Virus record (IMG/VR): IMGVR_UViG_3300042898_003434
Span: 26,629-90,628 of that record
DNA length: 64,000 nt
Direction: 5' to 3' (one strand)
DNA from: a virus
Shown: one piece after another, positions 47,839-60,700 of the stretch
How positions within the stretch are numbered: position 1 is the stretch's first letter
Layout: each line of letters begins with the position of its first letter
The notes under the pieces: generated by a model
Told to the model about the DNA's origin: nothing
What the model saw: the letters and a program-made list of their open reading frames with translations, nothing else
The model's database searches: none
Translations under genes and position numbers: made by a program

Positions 47839-49389
47839 TTATAAATCATATACCGCGTTCAATGTAACATTTCCGACTGTTACCGAATTATCATTTGAAG
47901 CGTCGCCGCCATTGGTGACCAATCTTAATGTTACAATTTGTTTTGCATCCGATACTATTGCTACTCTGTCACCAAGCTTAGAACCGACTGAATCCATAGC
48001 CACCGACGGTAAGTTTGCTGGATTTGCTGATAGGTAATACCAAAGAGAATCATCAACTGAATATTGCACAGACAAACTGCAAGTAACAGATGTTGGACCA
48101 GTGGCTTCCTTTTCTATGGTTAGAGACAAACTACAAGATGCCACGTCTGTTAAATCTGCACGAACATAAACTTCGCTACCAAAATCTGTGGTTTCATATG
48201 GTATACCAACAAGTGATGTAATTTGGTCTGAACTTGCAATAATCGGTATAGAATTTACTATCTTTTTTCCTATGCGTATTGCGTATGACGCACTTTCGAT
48301 AGATCCTAGTAGATATGATGCTGTTTTTGCATTTAATGCATATGACGCGCTGTCTATTGTACCAAGCAAGAATGATGCTGTAACTGCATTGTTTGCCCAA
48401 CTGCTGGTTATGTTTTGAGTTGATCCGCTTTCAAGTGCAAACAGAGTATAAGAAGCTGTGTTTGCAAAAACTGAATATGACGAACTAACGGCATACGATG
48501 CAGTTTCTGGAACATTTAATGCAAATGACGATGTCAATGCTTCTAGTGCATATGAAGCCGTATATGAATATGATGCAGTTTCTGGAACATTAGACGCATA
48601 TGATGCGGTTAATGCATACGAGGCAGACGCCACATTGTTTGCATATGATGCTGTACCAACAAACGTGTCGGTTGTAGACTCGGCAATGTTTGCCCACGCA
48701 ATATATGACGCCGTCGCAGAAATATTTGAATAGGACGATGTTCCTGCAAACGCCGATGCTGTAGTAATATCAGTAACTGCGCTGTATGGAATAGATACCG
48801 CCGCAAGTGCTGTGTTAGCAAATGACGCTGTACCTGCAAATATAGACAAACTTGATATGTCTGTTATTCCACTATAAACAACACTGGTAGCAGTTTCCGC
48901 GTTAATTGCATACGACGCTGTACCGAGAAATGTATCGGCTGTAGTTTCATCAACATTTGCCCATGCTATATAAGATGCTGTTTTTGCCGTGGTAGCATAC
49001 GACGCTGTACCAGCAAACGAAGAGCTTGGATTTATATCTTGTATGTTCGTATAGCTGACATACGAAGCTGTTTGAGAAATTGATATATACGACGCGGTAT
49101 CGGAATATGCAGAAACCGATGAACTTTTTGCCAACAACACATACGACGCCGTATTTGCTATTTCAACATAAGAAGCCGTGCTAGAATTTAATGCATATGA
49201 CGACGTACCGGCAAACGAAGAACTCGGTGTTGAATTTTTTACATTACTATAATCAACATAAGAAGCCGTGTATGCAGTATTAGAAACTGCTGCATATGCA
49301 GCACTGTCAGCAACATCTGCTTTTTGTGAATATGAAGCAGATTCGATGCTAGTACCTCTAACGTTTAGTGACTTTAATGTAATTGACAT
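47839..49389 (-). CDS. ASYA-repeat tail fibre-like protein
   Basis: Dozens of (T/S)ASY(A/V/I) repeats, FAGTASYA units and a non-repetitive C-terminal domain. TATTTATA at 49394-49401. Confidence 0.8.
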   Translation of the reverse strand: MSITLKSLNVRGTSIESASYSQKADVADSAAYAAVSNTAYTASYVDYSNVKNSTPSSSFAGTSSYALNSSTASYVEIANTASYVLLAKSSSVSAYSDTASYISISQTASYVSYTNIQDINPSSSFAGTASYATTAKTASYIAWANVDETTADTFLGTASYAINAETATSVVYSGITDISSLSIFAGTASFANTALAAVSIPYSAVTDITTASAFAGTSSYSNISATASYIAWANIAESTTDTFVGTASYANNVASASYALTASYASNVPETASYSYTASYALEALTSSFALNVPETASYAVSSSYSVFANTASYTLFALESGSTQNITSSWANNAVTASFLLGTIDSASYALNAKTASYLLGSIESASYAIRIGKKIVNSIPIIASSDQITSLVGIPYETTDFGSEVYVRADLTDVASCSLSLTIEKEATGPTSVTCSLSVQYSVDDSLWYYLSANPANLPSVAMDSVGSKLGDRVAIVSDAKQIVTLRLVTNGGDASNDNSVTVGNVTLNAVYDL

Positions 49390-49499
49390 ATATTATAAAT
49401 AATATAAAATAAGCGTATTATGCGCGATTTGTATGTATATAATTATTAGATAAACTGTGATTTATGCTTTAAGTTGGCGTATTAATTTTATAATATAGA

Positions 49500-52400
49500 T
49501 CATAAGCGATTTTGAAATTGACGTTTATATGGTGTAAACGGGCCTATATATCTGCAAAAATCGTTGGTATAACGGAATTCGTCCATATATCCGTGGAAAT
49601 ACGAATATGAATCTGTGTCGCCTATAGCATACATGGTTCTGGTATTGGAGGCGACTCGCGCTCCGTTCGCCACCGCCGCAAAAATTCCGTTTCCATACGT
49701 TACATTCTGGAAGGTAGTATCTGCGGGTGTGACCATTGCATTCCAAACTATACCATCTTTTGATACAATTACTGTTTTGTTTGTTGAATTTAGTGCATAC
49801 CCAACTGGATACTCACTGTATCCAACCGCAACAAACAACCCGCCTCCGTATGTTATACCAGTAAAAACGACATACACCGGTGAGGCGCGGAAAGTCCAAT
49901 CAATGCCGTCGGGGGAGGTTGCAATCTGATTGGTTCCGTCGGCAGAAACCGCAACAAAAAGTCCATTTCCATATGCCACACTGGTCCAAAAGTTTCCACT
50001 ACGTGCGGAAGAAGTTGTCCAATTTTGGCCATCCGGCGAAGTCATGAACAAACCACTACCGGTCCCAACTGCGACAAATTTTCCATCGCCATAAGTTATT
50101 TCTCTCCAATTATTATTATACGCGCTACTTGAAATCCAAGTAATCCCATCCGTCGAGCTAATTGTTTTAGAATTATTACCAACTGCGACGAATTTTCCAC
50201 TGCCATACGCGACAGAATTCCAACTACCCGTGAATGCCGTGCGATACGTCCAATCGACCGATCCGCTCGAAGTCATAACAGCGTTGGTTCCACTCGAAGC
50301 AACTGCCACAAATAACCCGTTTCCGTATGTTACAGATTGCCATTGCTCGCTTGCAATTATGGGTAATAAAGTCCAAGCAATTCCGTCCGTAGAATTCATA
50401 ACTCTGTATGTTCCACTGCTGGCTACCGCGACAAAAAATCCTCCTCCGTAGGTTACACCTGTCCAACCCGACCCAGTTGTAAACCCGTTTGATCCAGCTT
50501 TCCAAATCATATTTGAATTCTGACCAACGTAGCCTTGCAATCCAAACGATGCAAAACTTCCGCTGATCGAAGGGGACGTTGGGAAAATACTTGCTGTAGA
50601 AATTTTTCCAACCGGAGTTCCGTTTATGAAAAGCGTCAAATTTGATGACGTAGCTGATGTGGATGCCGCTATATGCGTCCATGATCCTGTTGCAACCGAT
50701 ATTGAACTGGTACTAGCATAACTGGAACTAGTATTCTTGTTTGTTATTTTCAATTTTCCGTTTGTTTCAATCCCAAAAATAAAACCGGAATTTCCAGAAT
50801 CTCCTGTACTATATATTGGCGTATATTTACTAATAGAAACTGGATATACCCAAGACTCAATCGTAAACACACTACCTTGATTTTTACTAGCGGTGATGTG
50901 CGATGGCCAATCTTTTGAGTATGCATATGAAGAGCTTCCATTAAAGAACAAGCTTCCGAATCCGACCTTTTTAACCACAGTAGAAACATCTATATTTCTC
51001 GTTATTAGACTGTTCATTCCCACATAATCATATACTTTAGAATTATTTCCCGTCACTAGCAGCTGCGTGTCTGATGACGCCGTCAACGGAGAAGTTGGAA
51101 CAGACGGGATATATGCTCCACTTGTTATTCTAAAATCTGACATATATCCGTCAAATGGACCAATTGTACTCTGACCAGTCAATTGTTCACTGTTTGTAAA
51201 CGTGGCCAACGAACTACCGTCCATGTATACGGTGCACAAGCTGGAAGTAGATCTTGAAAGTGCTATATGATGCCATGCGTTCGGCTTAATTGAAAATAGT
51301 CCGACCTTCAACGGAACGGACCCAGAAGAAGAACCCAATCTATAATCCAAATAAATATCCGCTCGACTTCCTGTACCGGCCAAGTAATAATAGTTTGGGC
51401 TGGACACATTGTCCACGTTTCTGTAGGCCATATACAACGAACTTGTAGATGATCCGCTAACAAACACACTGTCTAAAAATGAGTTTGAATTAAACCAAAA
51501 TTCTATTGTAAAAGCACTGCCGGAATCAACGACTAAAAATGGGTTATTTGTCGATACGTATGCATTTGATTTTTCTGAATAAATACTGGATCCATGAATC
51601 ACCGGTGAATATGACGCGGTCGGGGCATCCAGCGGATTCCCGTAAAAATTGGTTTTTAATTTTGTCGCGGTATTGTCCAAACTAAATGCAAAGTTTGTCG
51701 AGCCGCCGCCGCCTAATGTTAGACTTCCAGTTTTAAGCGAGTCTCTAAAATCTTCACCCGCTGCAATCAAAAATGCCGTGTTTTGTATTCGCTGTAGTGT
51801 TTTTTGTGGTGGGGTGAAGCTTGCTGTATACAATATGCTTCCGGTGACAAGTCTGAAGTTTGAGATATAACCCTCCCATTTTTTAAAAGTTTCACTGCCA
51901 ATGGCTAAATAATCAGATGCATCCCAGACGCTACCAGATCTATATACATTGGCTCTACTGGCGCTTGAATCAAATCGGCCATTTACATATATATTAACAA
52001 AACTCTGCGCGGCAACGGAATGAGAGTTGTGTGTTATTGCATAGTGATTCCAAGTGTTTACAGGCGACTCGATTGTACCATTCGTAAGAAAAACATTTGA
52101 TGCGCCGTTTGAAATCGTAAGATACGTTTTGCGGTTGATAATTGTTGATACTGGATAAAAAGAAAAATCAAGTGTTTTGATTGGTCCTTGGTTGCTGGCC
52201 GTGGCCGCGTAACACCAAAATTCCATTGTCCAATCATGGTAACCATTTGTGATAGCTCTCACAGCCGGATATCTGGTTGCATTGTATACAAATTCCTCTC
52301 CGATGGATCCGCTTCTAAACTTTTGTGCCCACAACACGGTTCTATATGGGCTTTCGGAGCCTTGAATTAGGCCGTATGATGATGTGTTATTTACCGACAG

Positions 52401-54914
52401 TGTATAATTATTTGAACTATCCAGAATATTTCCATTGCCTCGAATATCTCCGTTCGCATGAATCAAACTGATATTTTTATTGAAGTATGGGTCATTGCCA
52501 AGCAATTCGGATGAAGCTCTGTATTTAATAACAACTATACCACTTCCACCGTTGCCCGCCGCTCCTGCGGTAATCCCACCGGTACTACTACTTGCTCCGC
52601 CACCGCCGCCGGTATTAGCTGTTCCAGATGTACCTGCTCCACCAATACCAAGAACATTACCTGCTCCACCACCGCCGATGCCACCCAAACCTCCGGATTT
52701 TGATGGCCATGCTCCGCCACCACCACCACCCGCATAATAAGCAGGTGTACCAGTAATTGTATTTAGTATACCCGCACCGCCGTTTCCTGCCGCCGAGTAT
52801 GATGCATCGATACCATTGCTTCCTGCTCCGCCGCCGCCCGCACCTATATAAAATCTAAATTGGCTATATGTAGATGTTACTGTTAACGTGGGAGTTCTCG
52901 TGGTGGTTGGTGTTCGAGTTTGCGTTGGAGTTGGGGTTGGAGTTGGTGTTTCTGGCATACTCACGTTTGTCGATGGAAACGCTCTGCCTATTCCCCAAAT
53001 GATGCGAACAACACCATCGCCAGCTTCGCCGCTAGGATTTCCACGTCCGCCACCGTATGTTACTCCACTTCCACCACTGCCAGCGCCGCCCGGATAAACA
53101 CCGTTTGAACCTTGTCCATATATTCCAACCCCGCCACCGGAGTTTGGACCACCGCCGGTTTGCCCCGCTCCGCCCGCTCCGCCGCCAGCGGTACCGGACG
53201 CACCAACTGTAATAGTAGTACTACCCACGCTAGTGCCATTTCCTCCATTACCGCCATAACCGCCCGCGCCGCCACTGCCGCCCGAAGTGGTAAGAAGTGT
53301 TCCACCAAGTCCCGAGTAGTACGCACCACCACCACCACCAGCCCCACCGTTTCCGCCGTCGGTTGCTTTTGTTCCACCCCAAGTTGGTGCGCTAACACCA
53401 AATGCGTTGCTACGACCTCCGCCACCTGCCGACAGAATAGTCACCCCCCCTTGAACTACGAGACTGCTGCTACCGCCACCATTTTGTACTGCCACACCAG
53501 CGGTTATGGTTAACACTTCACCGGGAGTAACTGCTATATTATTTCCATATACCAATGAGCCACCCGCCGCGCCCCCTGATCCAGCCGTGGTTGAAATTAA
53601 CCCGCCGCCCGCACCAACAGCAACCACGGATATAAAATAAATATTTGCCGGTACCGTCCAATTATATGAAGTTCCACTTGCTGCGAATACTACTCCTCCA
53701 TACGGGGTATCTACACTCGGAGTCAATGTACTGGTGACTGTGTTTGTTGGAGTCACCGTTGGGGTTGACGTTAATGTTGGTGTAAGGGTGGGAGTCGCAG
53801 TCAGCGTTGGTGTTAACGTTGGCGTCGCTGTTAACGTCTGAGTCGGGGAAGCGGTGAGTGTTTGTGTCGCAGTTACTGTTTGTGTTGGCGTTAATGTTGG
53901 AGTGGAAGTTAATGTTGGCGTTAATGTTGGCGTTAATGTTGGCGTTCCAGTCAGTGTGGGAGTTGGGGATTTTGTCGCATACGGAGTGACTGTAACAGTT
54001 CGCGTTGGCGTGCGTGTTGTCGTTGGCGTTTTAGTAGGCGTTAATGTCGGAGTTGACGTAAGTGTCGAAGTGGGCGTAAGCGTGGGGGTAAGCGTTGCCG
54101 TTGGAGTGGGCGTTGCGGTTGAAGTTCTTGTAGTAGTTAACGTCGGTGTGGGTGTTTTTGTCGGTGTAGATGTTCTTGTCGGTGTAGATGTTACACTTGT
54201 CGTTGGGGTAAGAGTCGGTGTTGCACTTACCGTATTTGTAAGCGTCGGAGTCGGAGTCAGCGTGGCAGTTCTAGTTGGAGTATTTGTCGGCGTCTTGGAA
54301 GGCGTCAAAGTCGGCGTCTTGGTCAACGTTTGCGTTAAAGTTTGTGTTGGAGTTGGTGTAGATGTTAAACTTGGAGGCGTTCCCCCTAAAGTAGCAAATC
54401 CGCCACGATATCCTAATGCGCCACTACCAGATCCGGGCGTATACGGGCCAAACCCAGTTCCACTAGCACCGCCACCAGATCCACCAATACTACCTGTCGA
54501 ATTTGTGTATCCACCTCCACCACCACCCCCAATTGCAGTCAATTGGTTGAAAGTACTATCATTGCCATTCGCGGCATTTGTTGAAATTGTCCCCCCTGTT
54601 CCACCGGACCCAATAACGACAGAATAAGACCCAGTTGTTACGGTCGTGTTTTGATATATGTAGCCGCCGCCGCCGCCACCACCGCCGCAATTATATCCAC
54701 CACCACCACCACCGCCAACCATCATGGTAGTTATATCACCGGACCCAGATAATACAGTGAAAGTTCCACTGCTTGTGAATGTGTGTATCACATAATCTCC
54801 GTCATATGCAACTGTTCCACCTGTCGCTGTAAATACACGCGGCGGCTTCTGTGAATATCCAATACCACCAAGTGTCGAAACAGAACTAATTCCTTTTGCA
54901 GATATAAATGGCAT
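49500..54914 (-). CDS. large multidomain adhesin/tail fibre (Gly-rich domains, Thr-Pro linkers, three LamG-like domains, beta-propeller)
   Basis: [14 protein letters not shown] Gly-rich motifs; TPT repeats; FTIE.W, WHHIA, GY.S.FR LamG motifs; repeated W..V.YG.G.FVAV blades. Confidence 0.85.
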   Translation of the reverse strand: MPFISAKGISSVSTLGGIGYSQKPPRVFTATGGTVAYDGDYVIHTFTSSGTFTVLSGSGDITTMMVGGGGGGGYNCGGGGGGGGYIYQNTTVTTGSYSVVIGSGGTGGTISTNAANGNDSTFNQLTAIGGGGGGGYTNSTGSIGGSGGGASGTGFGPYTPGSGSGALGYRGGFATLGGTPPSLTSTPTPTQTLTQTLTKTPTLTPSKTPTNTPTRTATLTPTPTLTNTVSATPTLTPTTSVTSTPTRTSTPTKTPTPTLTTTRTSTATPTPTATLTPTLTPTSTLTSTPTLTPTKTPTTTRTPTRTVTVTPYATKSPTPTLTGTPTLTPTLTPTLTSTPTLTPTQTVTATQTLTASPTQTLTATPTLTPTLTATPTLTPTLTSTPTVTPTNTVTSTLTPSVDTPYGGVVFAASGTSYNWTVPANIYFISVVAVGAGGGLISTTAGSGGAAGGSLVYGNNIAVTPGEVLTITAGVAVQNGGGSSSLVVQGGVTILSAGGGGRSNAFGVSAPTWGGTKATDGGNGGAGGGGGAYYSGLGGTLLTTSGGSGGAGGYGGNGGNGTSVGSTTITVGASGTAGGGAGGAGQTGGGPNSGGGVGIYGQGSNGVYPGGAGSGGSGVTYGGGRGNPSGEAGDGVVRIIWGIGRAFPSTNVSMPETPTPTPTPTQTRTPTTTRTPTLTVTSTYSQFRFYIGAGGGGAGSNGIDASYSAAGNGGAGILNTITGTPAYYAGGGGGGAWPSKSGGLGGIGGGGAGNVLGIGGAGTSGTANTGGGGGASSSTGGITAGAAGNGGSGIVVIKYRASSELLGNDPYFNKNISLIHANGDIRGNGNILDSSNNYTLSVNNTSSYGLIQGSESPYRTVLWAQKFRSGSIGEEFVYNATRYPAVRAITNGYHDWTMEFWCYAATASNQGPIKTLDFSFYPVSTIINRKTYLTISNGASNVFLTNGTIESPVNTWNHYAITHNSHSVAAQSFVNIYVNGRFDSSASRANVYRSGSVWDASDYLAIGSETFKKWEGYISNFRLVTGSILYTASFTPPQKTLQRIQNTAFLIAAGEDFRDSLKTGSLTLGGGGSTNFAFSLDNTATKLKTNFYGNPLDAPTASYSPVIHGSSIYSEKSNAYVSTNNPFLVVDSGSAFTIEFWFNSNSFLDSVFVSGSSTSSLYMAYRNVDNVSSPNYYYLAGTGSRADIYLDYRLGSSSGSVPLKVGLFSIKPNAWHHIALSRSTSSLCTVYMDGSSLATFTNSEQLTGQSTIGPFDGYMSDFRITSGAYIPSVPTSPLTASSDTQLLVTGNNSKVYDYVGMNSLITRNIDVSTVVKKVGFGSLFFNGSSSYAYSKDWPSHITASKNQGSVFTIESWVYPVSISKYTPIYSTGDSGNSGFIFGIETNGKLKITNKNTSSSYASTSSISVATGSWTHIAASTSATSSNLTLFINGTPVGKISTASIFPTSPSISGSFASFGLQGYVGQNSNMIWKAGSNGFTTGSGWTGVTYGGGFFVAVASSGTYRVMNSTDGIAWTLLPIIASEQWQSVTYGNGLFVAVASSGTNAVMTSSGSVDWTYRTAFTGSWNSVAYGSGKFVAVGNNSKTISSTDGITWISSSAYNNNWREITYGDGKFVAVGTGSGLFMTSPDGQNWTTSSARSGNFWTSVAYGNGLFVAVSADGTNQIATSPDGIDWTFRASPVYVVFTGITYGGGLFVAVGYSEYPVGYALNSTNKTVIVSKDGIVWNAMVTPADTTFQNVTYGNGIFAAVANGARVASNTRTMYAIGDTDSYSYFHGYMDEFRYTNDFCRYIGPFTPYKRQFQNRL
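53715..54370. repeat. coding low-complexity Thr-Pro (TPTLTPT) repeat tract
   Basis: About 220 aa of TPT/TLT units. A second short tract lies at ~52875-52950. Confidence 0.9.
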
Positions 54915-54922
54915 ATACTATA

Positions 54923-55294
54923 TTATTCTGTTTTTTCTATCCATTGAGACGATGCATCGTCCCATCTGAATTTTCCATTTTCTGGTGGATACGGAACTGG
55001 TGGTTCCCAACTGCATGTATTTTCATTTAATTTCCAAGAACTAAATGGTTTTGGTGGTACAAACGCATCACGAATTTCGTCGTATGTATATCCAACGCCA
55101 GCGTAATTTTTTCTTAGTGGAGTTCCATCGTTTAGGTGCGCTCCCTCTAAAGTATTATATGAAGTTTGAAGCCAACGACCATTCAAACCAAGCACGTTTT
55201 GTATAAAGTATATACCTTCTGATTCAGACTCGGCGTCAACCACTATCACTCTGGTAACTATGTTATCGGAATTTATTTCTGCAAAATGTGCCAT
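54923..55294 (-). CDS. conserved phage protein accompanying Gly-rich fibres (possible fibre chaperone)
   Basis: MAHFAEI...WLQTSYN...LRKNYAG.GYTYD...DAF.PP.P..SW.L. Confidence 0.75.
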   Translation of the reverse strand: MAHFAEINSDNIVTRVIVVDAESESEGIYFIQNVLGLNGRWLQTSYNTLEGAHLNDGTPLRKNYAGVGYTYDEIRDAFVPPKPFSSWKLNENTCSWEPPVPYPPENGKFRWDDASSQWIEKTE

Positions 55295-55305
55295 ATGAAA
55301 ACCTT

Positions 55306-56943
55306 TTATGTGTATTGCGTTTGTGATGCTAATATTATATAATCCGGTGCAGTTGAAGTTTTGATTATTGAGAACGTATAAAAGTCTACCGAGTTGGGGT
55401 TTCCTTCAGTTGGAACAACGCCATTTGCCCATTTTGGAGTTACCACGGTTCCATCAATACTGCAAGACACTGAATAATATGCAGATGCTCCATTGGTAAT
55501 ACCAATTGCCGTTGTCCAAGATTTTCCTACACTCATCAACGAACTTAACGTTTGAGTTGGACTTGCTCTGAAATTAAAAGCAAAATTTGAAGTTGAACTC
55601 CCAGTATAGTAATATAAAGAACCGGTAATCATATCGATGTTTATTGTCGATGATGCACCTGCACCAGATATCGTTGCCAGCTCGTTGGTTTGTTGGATGT
55701 TTAGAGTTTTTGTGAACGTCAACGATGTTGCATCTTCTGTAAAAGCCGTCGCCATGCTCGTTGCAATATTTGCCCAACTACTTGTACCATACAGCGAAGA
55801 TGTTATTGCTGTTGCAAAAACATTCGGAACAAAAATATTTTCAGATATATTTGCCGATCCACTTATATCCAAGTCATATGCCGGACTGCTTGTTCTTACA
55901 CCGACTCTGGATCCTGTTACAATAAGTGTATTTTCTCCGGTTCTTCCCATTTTTACTCTATCATCGGCAAATACTTCTAATATTGGAAATCCAATCGCAT
56001 TTTCAACTTTACAAAGCGATGTTGGTAAAGCGTCTGATATGTTTAACAATACACCATGACTGTTTCCTGTAAATGTTACGTCACCCGAAGAAGAGACTTT
56101 TAGTCTTATAGCAGATTGACTTCCGCTAAAAAATATTGCAGATGCGGTAACTTCATTTAGTTCTGTATTTATTCTTTCCAATAAACTTCCCGCTTTCAAA
56201 GCATACGATGCGCTTTCGATTGCACCGGATAAATAAGAAGCAGTTGCTGCGTTTGTTGCATACGATGCGCTTTCGATTGCACCGAGAACATATGCCGCCG
56301 TTGCAGCTTGTTCAGCATACGATGCACTTGAAATTGATCCTACTAGATACGACGCTGTTGCGGCCCAGCTACTTGTGATTTCATATGTTGACCCAGTTAC
56401 TAACGTCGTGCCTCCTCCACCACCGCCACCCATTACATACGATGCGGTTAGCGCCCAGCTACTTGTGATTTCATATGTTGACCCAGTTACCAATGCGGCA
56501 CCGCCGCCGCCATTCATAGCATATGATGCAGTCAATGCGTATGAAGCGGTACCGGTTAAATTTCCGTTTATACTACCATCTATATCAATTGATCCAGTTA
56601 CAGCTATACTACCAGATACATCCAATTTAAATTGTGTGTTGGGAGCTTTACCGATACCAACTGAGCTACCAGTTACATACAAAGTATTTGTTTGGGGTTG
56701 TCCCATAACAATCTTGTTGTCGCCGAATACTTCAAATATCGGAGCATTTGCATTGTTTGACATCGCAACAATACTACCACTTGGATTATCAGAAACATTA
56801 AACAACGATCCAGATTTTCCTAGATAAGAGACTTGCCCGCCGGGCAAAACCTCTAATCGCACGCTCGAAGAAGCGCTTCCACTAAATTGGATGACTGGGT
56901 TATTGAGCGTTCCCCTGTTTGGTATTATTATAATATCTGGCAT
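55306..56943 (-). CDS. tail fibre-like protein with ASYA repeats
   Basis: Two 'PIFEVF.D....G....L.VTGS.VG' modules; C-terminal 'W.NG..P......VD.YTF.IIKT' domain. Confidence 0.8.
   Translation of the reverse strand: MPDIIIIPNRGTLNNPVIQFSGSASSSVRLEVLPGGQVSYLGKSGSLFNVSDNPSGSIVAMSNNANAPIFEVFGDNKIVMGQPQTNTLYVTGSSVGIGKAPNTQFKLDVSGSIAVTGSIDIDGSINGNLTGTASYALTASYAMNGGGGAALVTGSTYEITSSWALTASYVMGGGGGGGTTLVTGSTYEITSSWAATASYLVGSISSASYAEQAATAAYVLGAIESASYATNAATASYLSGAIESASYALKAGSLLERINTELNEVTASAIFFSGSQSAIRLKVSSSGDVTFTGNSHGVLLNISDALPTSLCKVENAIGFPILEVFADDRVKMGRTGENTLIVTGSRVGVRTSSPAYDLDISGSANISENIFVPNVFATAITSSLYGTSSWANIATSMATAFTEDATSLTFTKTLNIQQTNELATISGAGASSTINIDMITGSLYYYTGSSTSNFAFNFRASPTQTLSSLMSVGKSWTTAIGITNGASAYYSVSCSIDGTVVTPKWANGVVPTEGNPNSVDFYTFSIIKTSTAPDYIILASQTQYT
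56363..56490. repeat. 38-nt exact direct repeat, 90-nt period (coding VTGSTYEITSSWA)
   Basis: gcccagctacttgtgatttcatatgttgacccagttac at 56363-56400 and 56453-56490. Confidence 0.9.
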
Positions 56944-57057
56944 AAGTTATCATACATAAATATAAATAACATGAATAAATGAACGGTTTGTGGTTCAAAT
57001 TTATTCTTTTAATGTTATAATCTTAACAAGCTCATATGTCGATTTGAAATTTTAAAA

Positions 57058-57079
57058 ATTTCTCGTATATACGAGAAAT
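57058..57079. terminator. perfect 22-bp palindrome (terminator or operator)
   Basis: ATTTCTCGTAT|ATACGAGAAAT just after the LamG gene stop, followed by TTTT on the minus strand. Confidence 0.55.
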
Positions 57080-57087
57080 AGATGATA

Positions 57088-57753
57088 TTATAATCGGTAC
57101 CTTGACTTAAACGAGGTGTAACTCTGTAAAATCTCGGCGTTGGTCAAAATTCTGTTATACATTTTAACCATTCCAAACCTTCCATTACCATACGAACCAC
57201 CGGAACTATATGTCGCGCCTATTCTAAAGTTACCTGTTCCGGCATATTGACTTTGAGTTTGTTGCTCTGTACCTGTCAATTTTTGACCGTTTCTGAAAAG
57301 TTGCTTTCCATAGGGACTACTGTGACTGTATGTAAAAGTATAATGGTACCATGTATTTGCAGCCGTGGTTAATGTTGTAGCGTCGGTGTCGTTTCCGAAC
57401 ATGCCGAACTTTATACCGGTCGTACCAATGTTTTGAATATGCAATCCGAGACTGTTACTTGGTGTACCTTGGCCAAAAAATGAAAAATTATTAACTGTCG
57501 TCATATTGACCCAGCATTCTAATGTAAACGTTTGTCTAAAGTCGATAGTTGTTATATCAACATATTCGTTTACGCCATCCATTAATATACTAGAACTAAC
57601 AAATGTTGGAGCGTTGACCAAAGAACCACTGTTTCCGTTTTTACTTATGTCAGTCCATATTGAACTCCCACTGACGTAACTTTTAGTATTGGCAGCGTCA
57701 AGACAAAAAATAAGTCCGTTTGTTTCTGTTTTTGGTCCACGTCGTGTGCTCAT
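57088..57753 (-). CDS. LamG / concanavalin A-like lectin domain protein
   Basis: GLIFCLDAAN.KSY...WTDIS.NGN; FTLECWV; WYHYTFTY; YNRILT.AEI. Confidence 0.85.
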   Translation of the reverse strand: MSTRRGPKTETNGLIFCLDAANTKSYVSGSSIWTDISKNGNSGSLVNAPTFVSSSILMDGVNEYVDITTIDFRQTFTLECWVNMTTVNNFSFFGQGTPSNSLGLHIQNIGTTGIKFGMFGNDTDATTLTTAANTWYHYTFTYSHSSPYGKQLFRNGQKLTGTEQQTQSQYAGTGNFRIGATYSSGGSYGNGRFGMVKMYNRILTNAEILQSYTSFKSRYRL

Positions 57754-57782
57754 AAGTTATAATTTTTATTTTGTAACATTTA

Positions 57783-60700
57783 TTAATACTCAACGTTGAT
57801 TTTTGGTATGTCTTTACGTTCGCCTTGGATATAATAATAGCAATTTATATATTTTGCAGTCTTGCTCTTGTTTTCTATTACTACTTCTTGTAGACTTACG
57901 CTCTTGATAACTAGACTTTGATTTGTTCCGATTGGTGTCAATTGAACAGTGATTGTATCTTCGTGTACCAACGCTACCCAATAATCGGGAAGAGTGATTG
58001 TGTCAGAATCAGTTTTACCGCGAACATACACGGAGTGTTCCGGACCTTCAACTACGCCGTGTTGCAATTTCTTACCTTCTCTGATAGGATGCTTGATCAA
58101 GAACGACTTGCTTGTTGCAGCAAATGAACCAGAAACTTCAAGTGTGTAATTTGGTGTGTCGGTGTTGATACCAACATTTGTTCCATTATCGAATATGATG
58201 CTATTACCCAACGTATTGTTGGTTGCATACTTCGGTATATAATTCTGAGAACCAGATACAAACGCATAAGATGCGGTTACAGCCGTTGCCGCGTGAGATG
58301 CCGCTAATGCATATGACGACGACATTGCATACGACGCAGTGCCAAAAAGCGATCCTGTTGTGTTTGAGGTTCCTGTGCCACTCACAAACTCGTTCCCGTT
58401 TACAAATATAGAACCGGAAAGGTAAATGCTGCCAGTGAATCTGTGAGAATCGACTTGCTTTGTTCCGAACACGTTACTACCCGAGCCATATAAGAATGAC
58501 GATGTAACAGCGGCAACGCTTATCTTTGAACTTGACGCGATGTTAATAGCATTGACCGCCCACGAAGCCGTTCCAAACAGTGAACCAGTTCCGGATAGAT
58601 TTGCAACGTCACTGCCGTTTACAAACAACGAGCCGGATATACGCATACTGCCCGTGACGCTGTGCGTGTCGGTGACTTTTGTTCCGAACACGTTACTACC
58701 GGAACCATAAACTGCCGACGCGGTAATTGCGGCTACGCTGATCTTAGATCCGGAAGAAATACTTGTAGCAACTGATGCGGTACCAAATAGACTCCCTGTG
58801 ATACCAACCGATACATTCAGCGAACCTGTTAATGCTACACTACCGCTAACGTCCATTGCAAACGCATTGTTTGGTGTTTTTCCAACACCAACGGAACTGC
58901 CTGTTACAACAAATGCATTTGAGTTGTATGCACCGGCTACAACTCTATCATCGCTAAATACCTCAAATATTGGCAAGCCAGATATATCGCTGACGCTCAT
59001 CAAGCTACCGCTCAATTCATCAACTATTTCGAGTAGTGAACCGGCATCTCCATTGAAAACAACTGTTCCAGTTGGAGCAACTTCAAGTTGTATACTTGAG
59101 GAATTTATTCCAATAAATGTGATTGTTGGGTTATTTGCACCCGTAGGAGCAAGGGTAATATCGCCGGTACGAACAGATCCTGATGTAAAATAAGACAGCG
59201 ATGCTGTTTTTGCATATGACGCGCTTAGAGCATATGACGCGCTCAATGCATAAGAAGAAGAAACAACGTATGAAGCCGTGGCTGCATTTGTTGCATATGA
59301 CGCGCTTTGAATTTCTCCGAGAAGATATGAGGCCGTCGCGGCTTGGTCAGCATACGACGCGCTTGAAATTGAACCAATTAAATATGAGGCAGTCAACGCA
59401 AGGCTTGAAGTTCCCGCAAATGTACTATTATTAGTTATACCAGACACATTTTCGTAGTTTACATTAGAAGCTGTCAAGGCAAACGAGGCAGTTCCACTGA
59501 TCGTTCCGTCCACACTCAACGATCCAGTGATACTTACCGAGCCAGTAAATTTATGTGTATCTGTCGATTTATTACCGAAGATATTGCTTCCCGACGCGTA
59601 TATAATTGAGCTGGTTATTGTGACCACATTCAAGTTTGTTACTTGAATCGACGACGCGGTCAACTGATTGACGGTCACGTTGGAAGTTGATACGATAGAA
59701 GCGGCTATCGTTGCATAAGAAGCTGTCGTTGCAAACGACGAACTTAATGCATACGAGGCGGAAAGTGCTTGAGATGCGAACGACGCAGTTCCTAGCAACG
59801 ACGCCGTAACTCCACCGGTCGTGCTTATGCTACCTGTGACCAACAGCGATCCGCTTACCAACATAGACCCAGTCATTTCAAACGTATCTGCGTTGCTATC
59901 AAATAAAAGACTTCCGGTATCACTGTTGAATATAAAAGACCCAGTGACGGTTAGCGATCCGGATATCGTTACCGCTTGGTTTAGTGCTGAAACGAATGAC
60001 GCTGTTCTAGCAAGTGATGCGGTTGCTGCGTGTGAAGCACTGATTGCATTTACAACATATGATGCCGTTTGAGCTTGAATGCTCCAACTTGATGTCGCAG
60101 GTACGTTTGCCGCATAGCTTGCTGTGAGAGCATATGAAGAACTAACCGCGTTTAAGACAAAACTAGCTGTTCTAGATTGTATTGCCCAACTTGCTGTTCC
60201 AAATACACTACCAGTAAAGTTTGTTAGTCTGCTTGAGAACGACGAGCTGTCGGTTACAAGGTTTGTTACACGCGTAGAGAACGAACCTGAAGCACTGACA
60301 AGATTTGTTACACGTGTTGAGAATGAACTACTATCGGTCACCAAATTTGTAACTCTAGTAGAGAACGATCCAGATGCTGTTTCTAAATTTGTTGCTCTAG
60401 ATTCAACAGATGCAGAATCTGCAAATGTTGTAGCAAATGAAGCAGTTCCTGTGATTGGTCCATTAACAGTTAATGACCCTGTTATAGAAACAGAGCCAGT
60501 AAACAATTGAGTGTCTGTTGATTTTGTACCAAAAATGTTACTACCGCTGGCATAATCAATCGAACTGGTGATTGTTACAACATTTAGAGTTGTTACTGAT
60601 ATGGCCGAAGCTGTGATTTGTCCTACGTTTATATTTGCTCCACTTAGCAAAGTTTCCGATTTTGTTGAATAACTAGATGTGATTGCGTATGACGCCGTTC

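Noticed and set aside
53854-54627. 257-aa Val/Gly-rich plus-strand ORF
   Set aside because: Antisense reading of the Thr-Pro repeat.
1736-56968. Reading plus-strand TATAAATA as T4 late promoters driving antisense transcripts
   Set aside because: The sites sit just upstream of minus-strand starts and flip strand at the plus-strand gene, so sense TATTTAT is the simpler reading.
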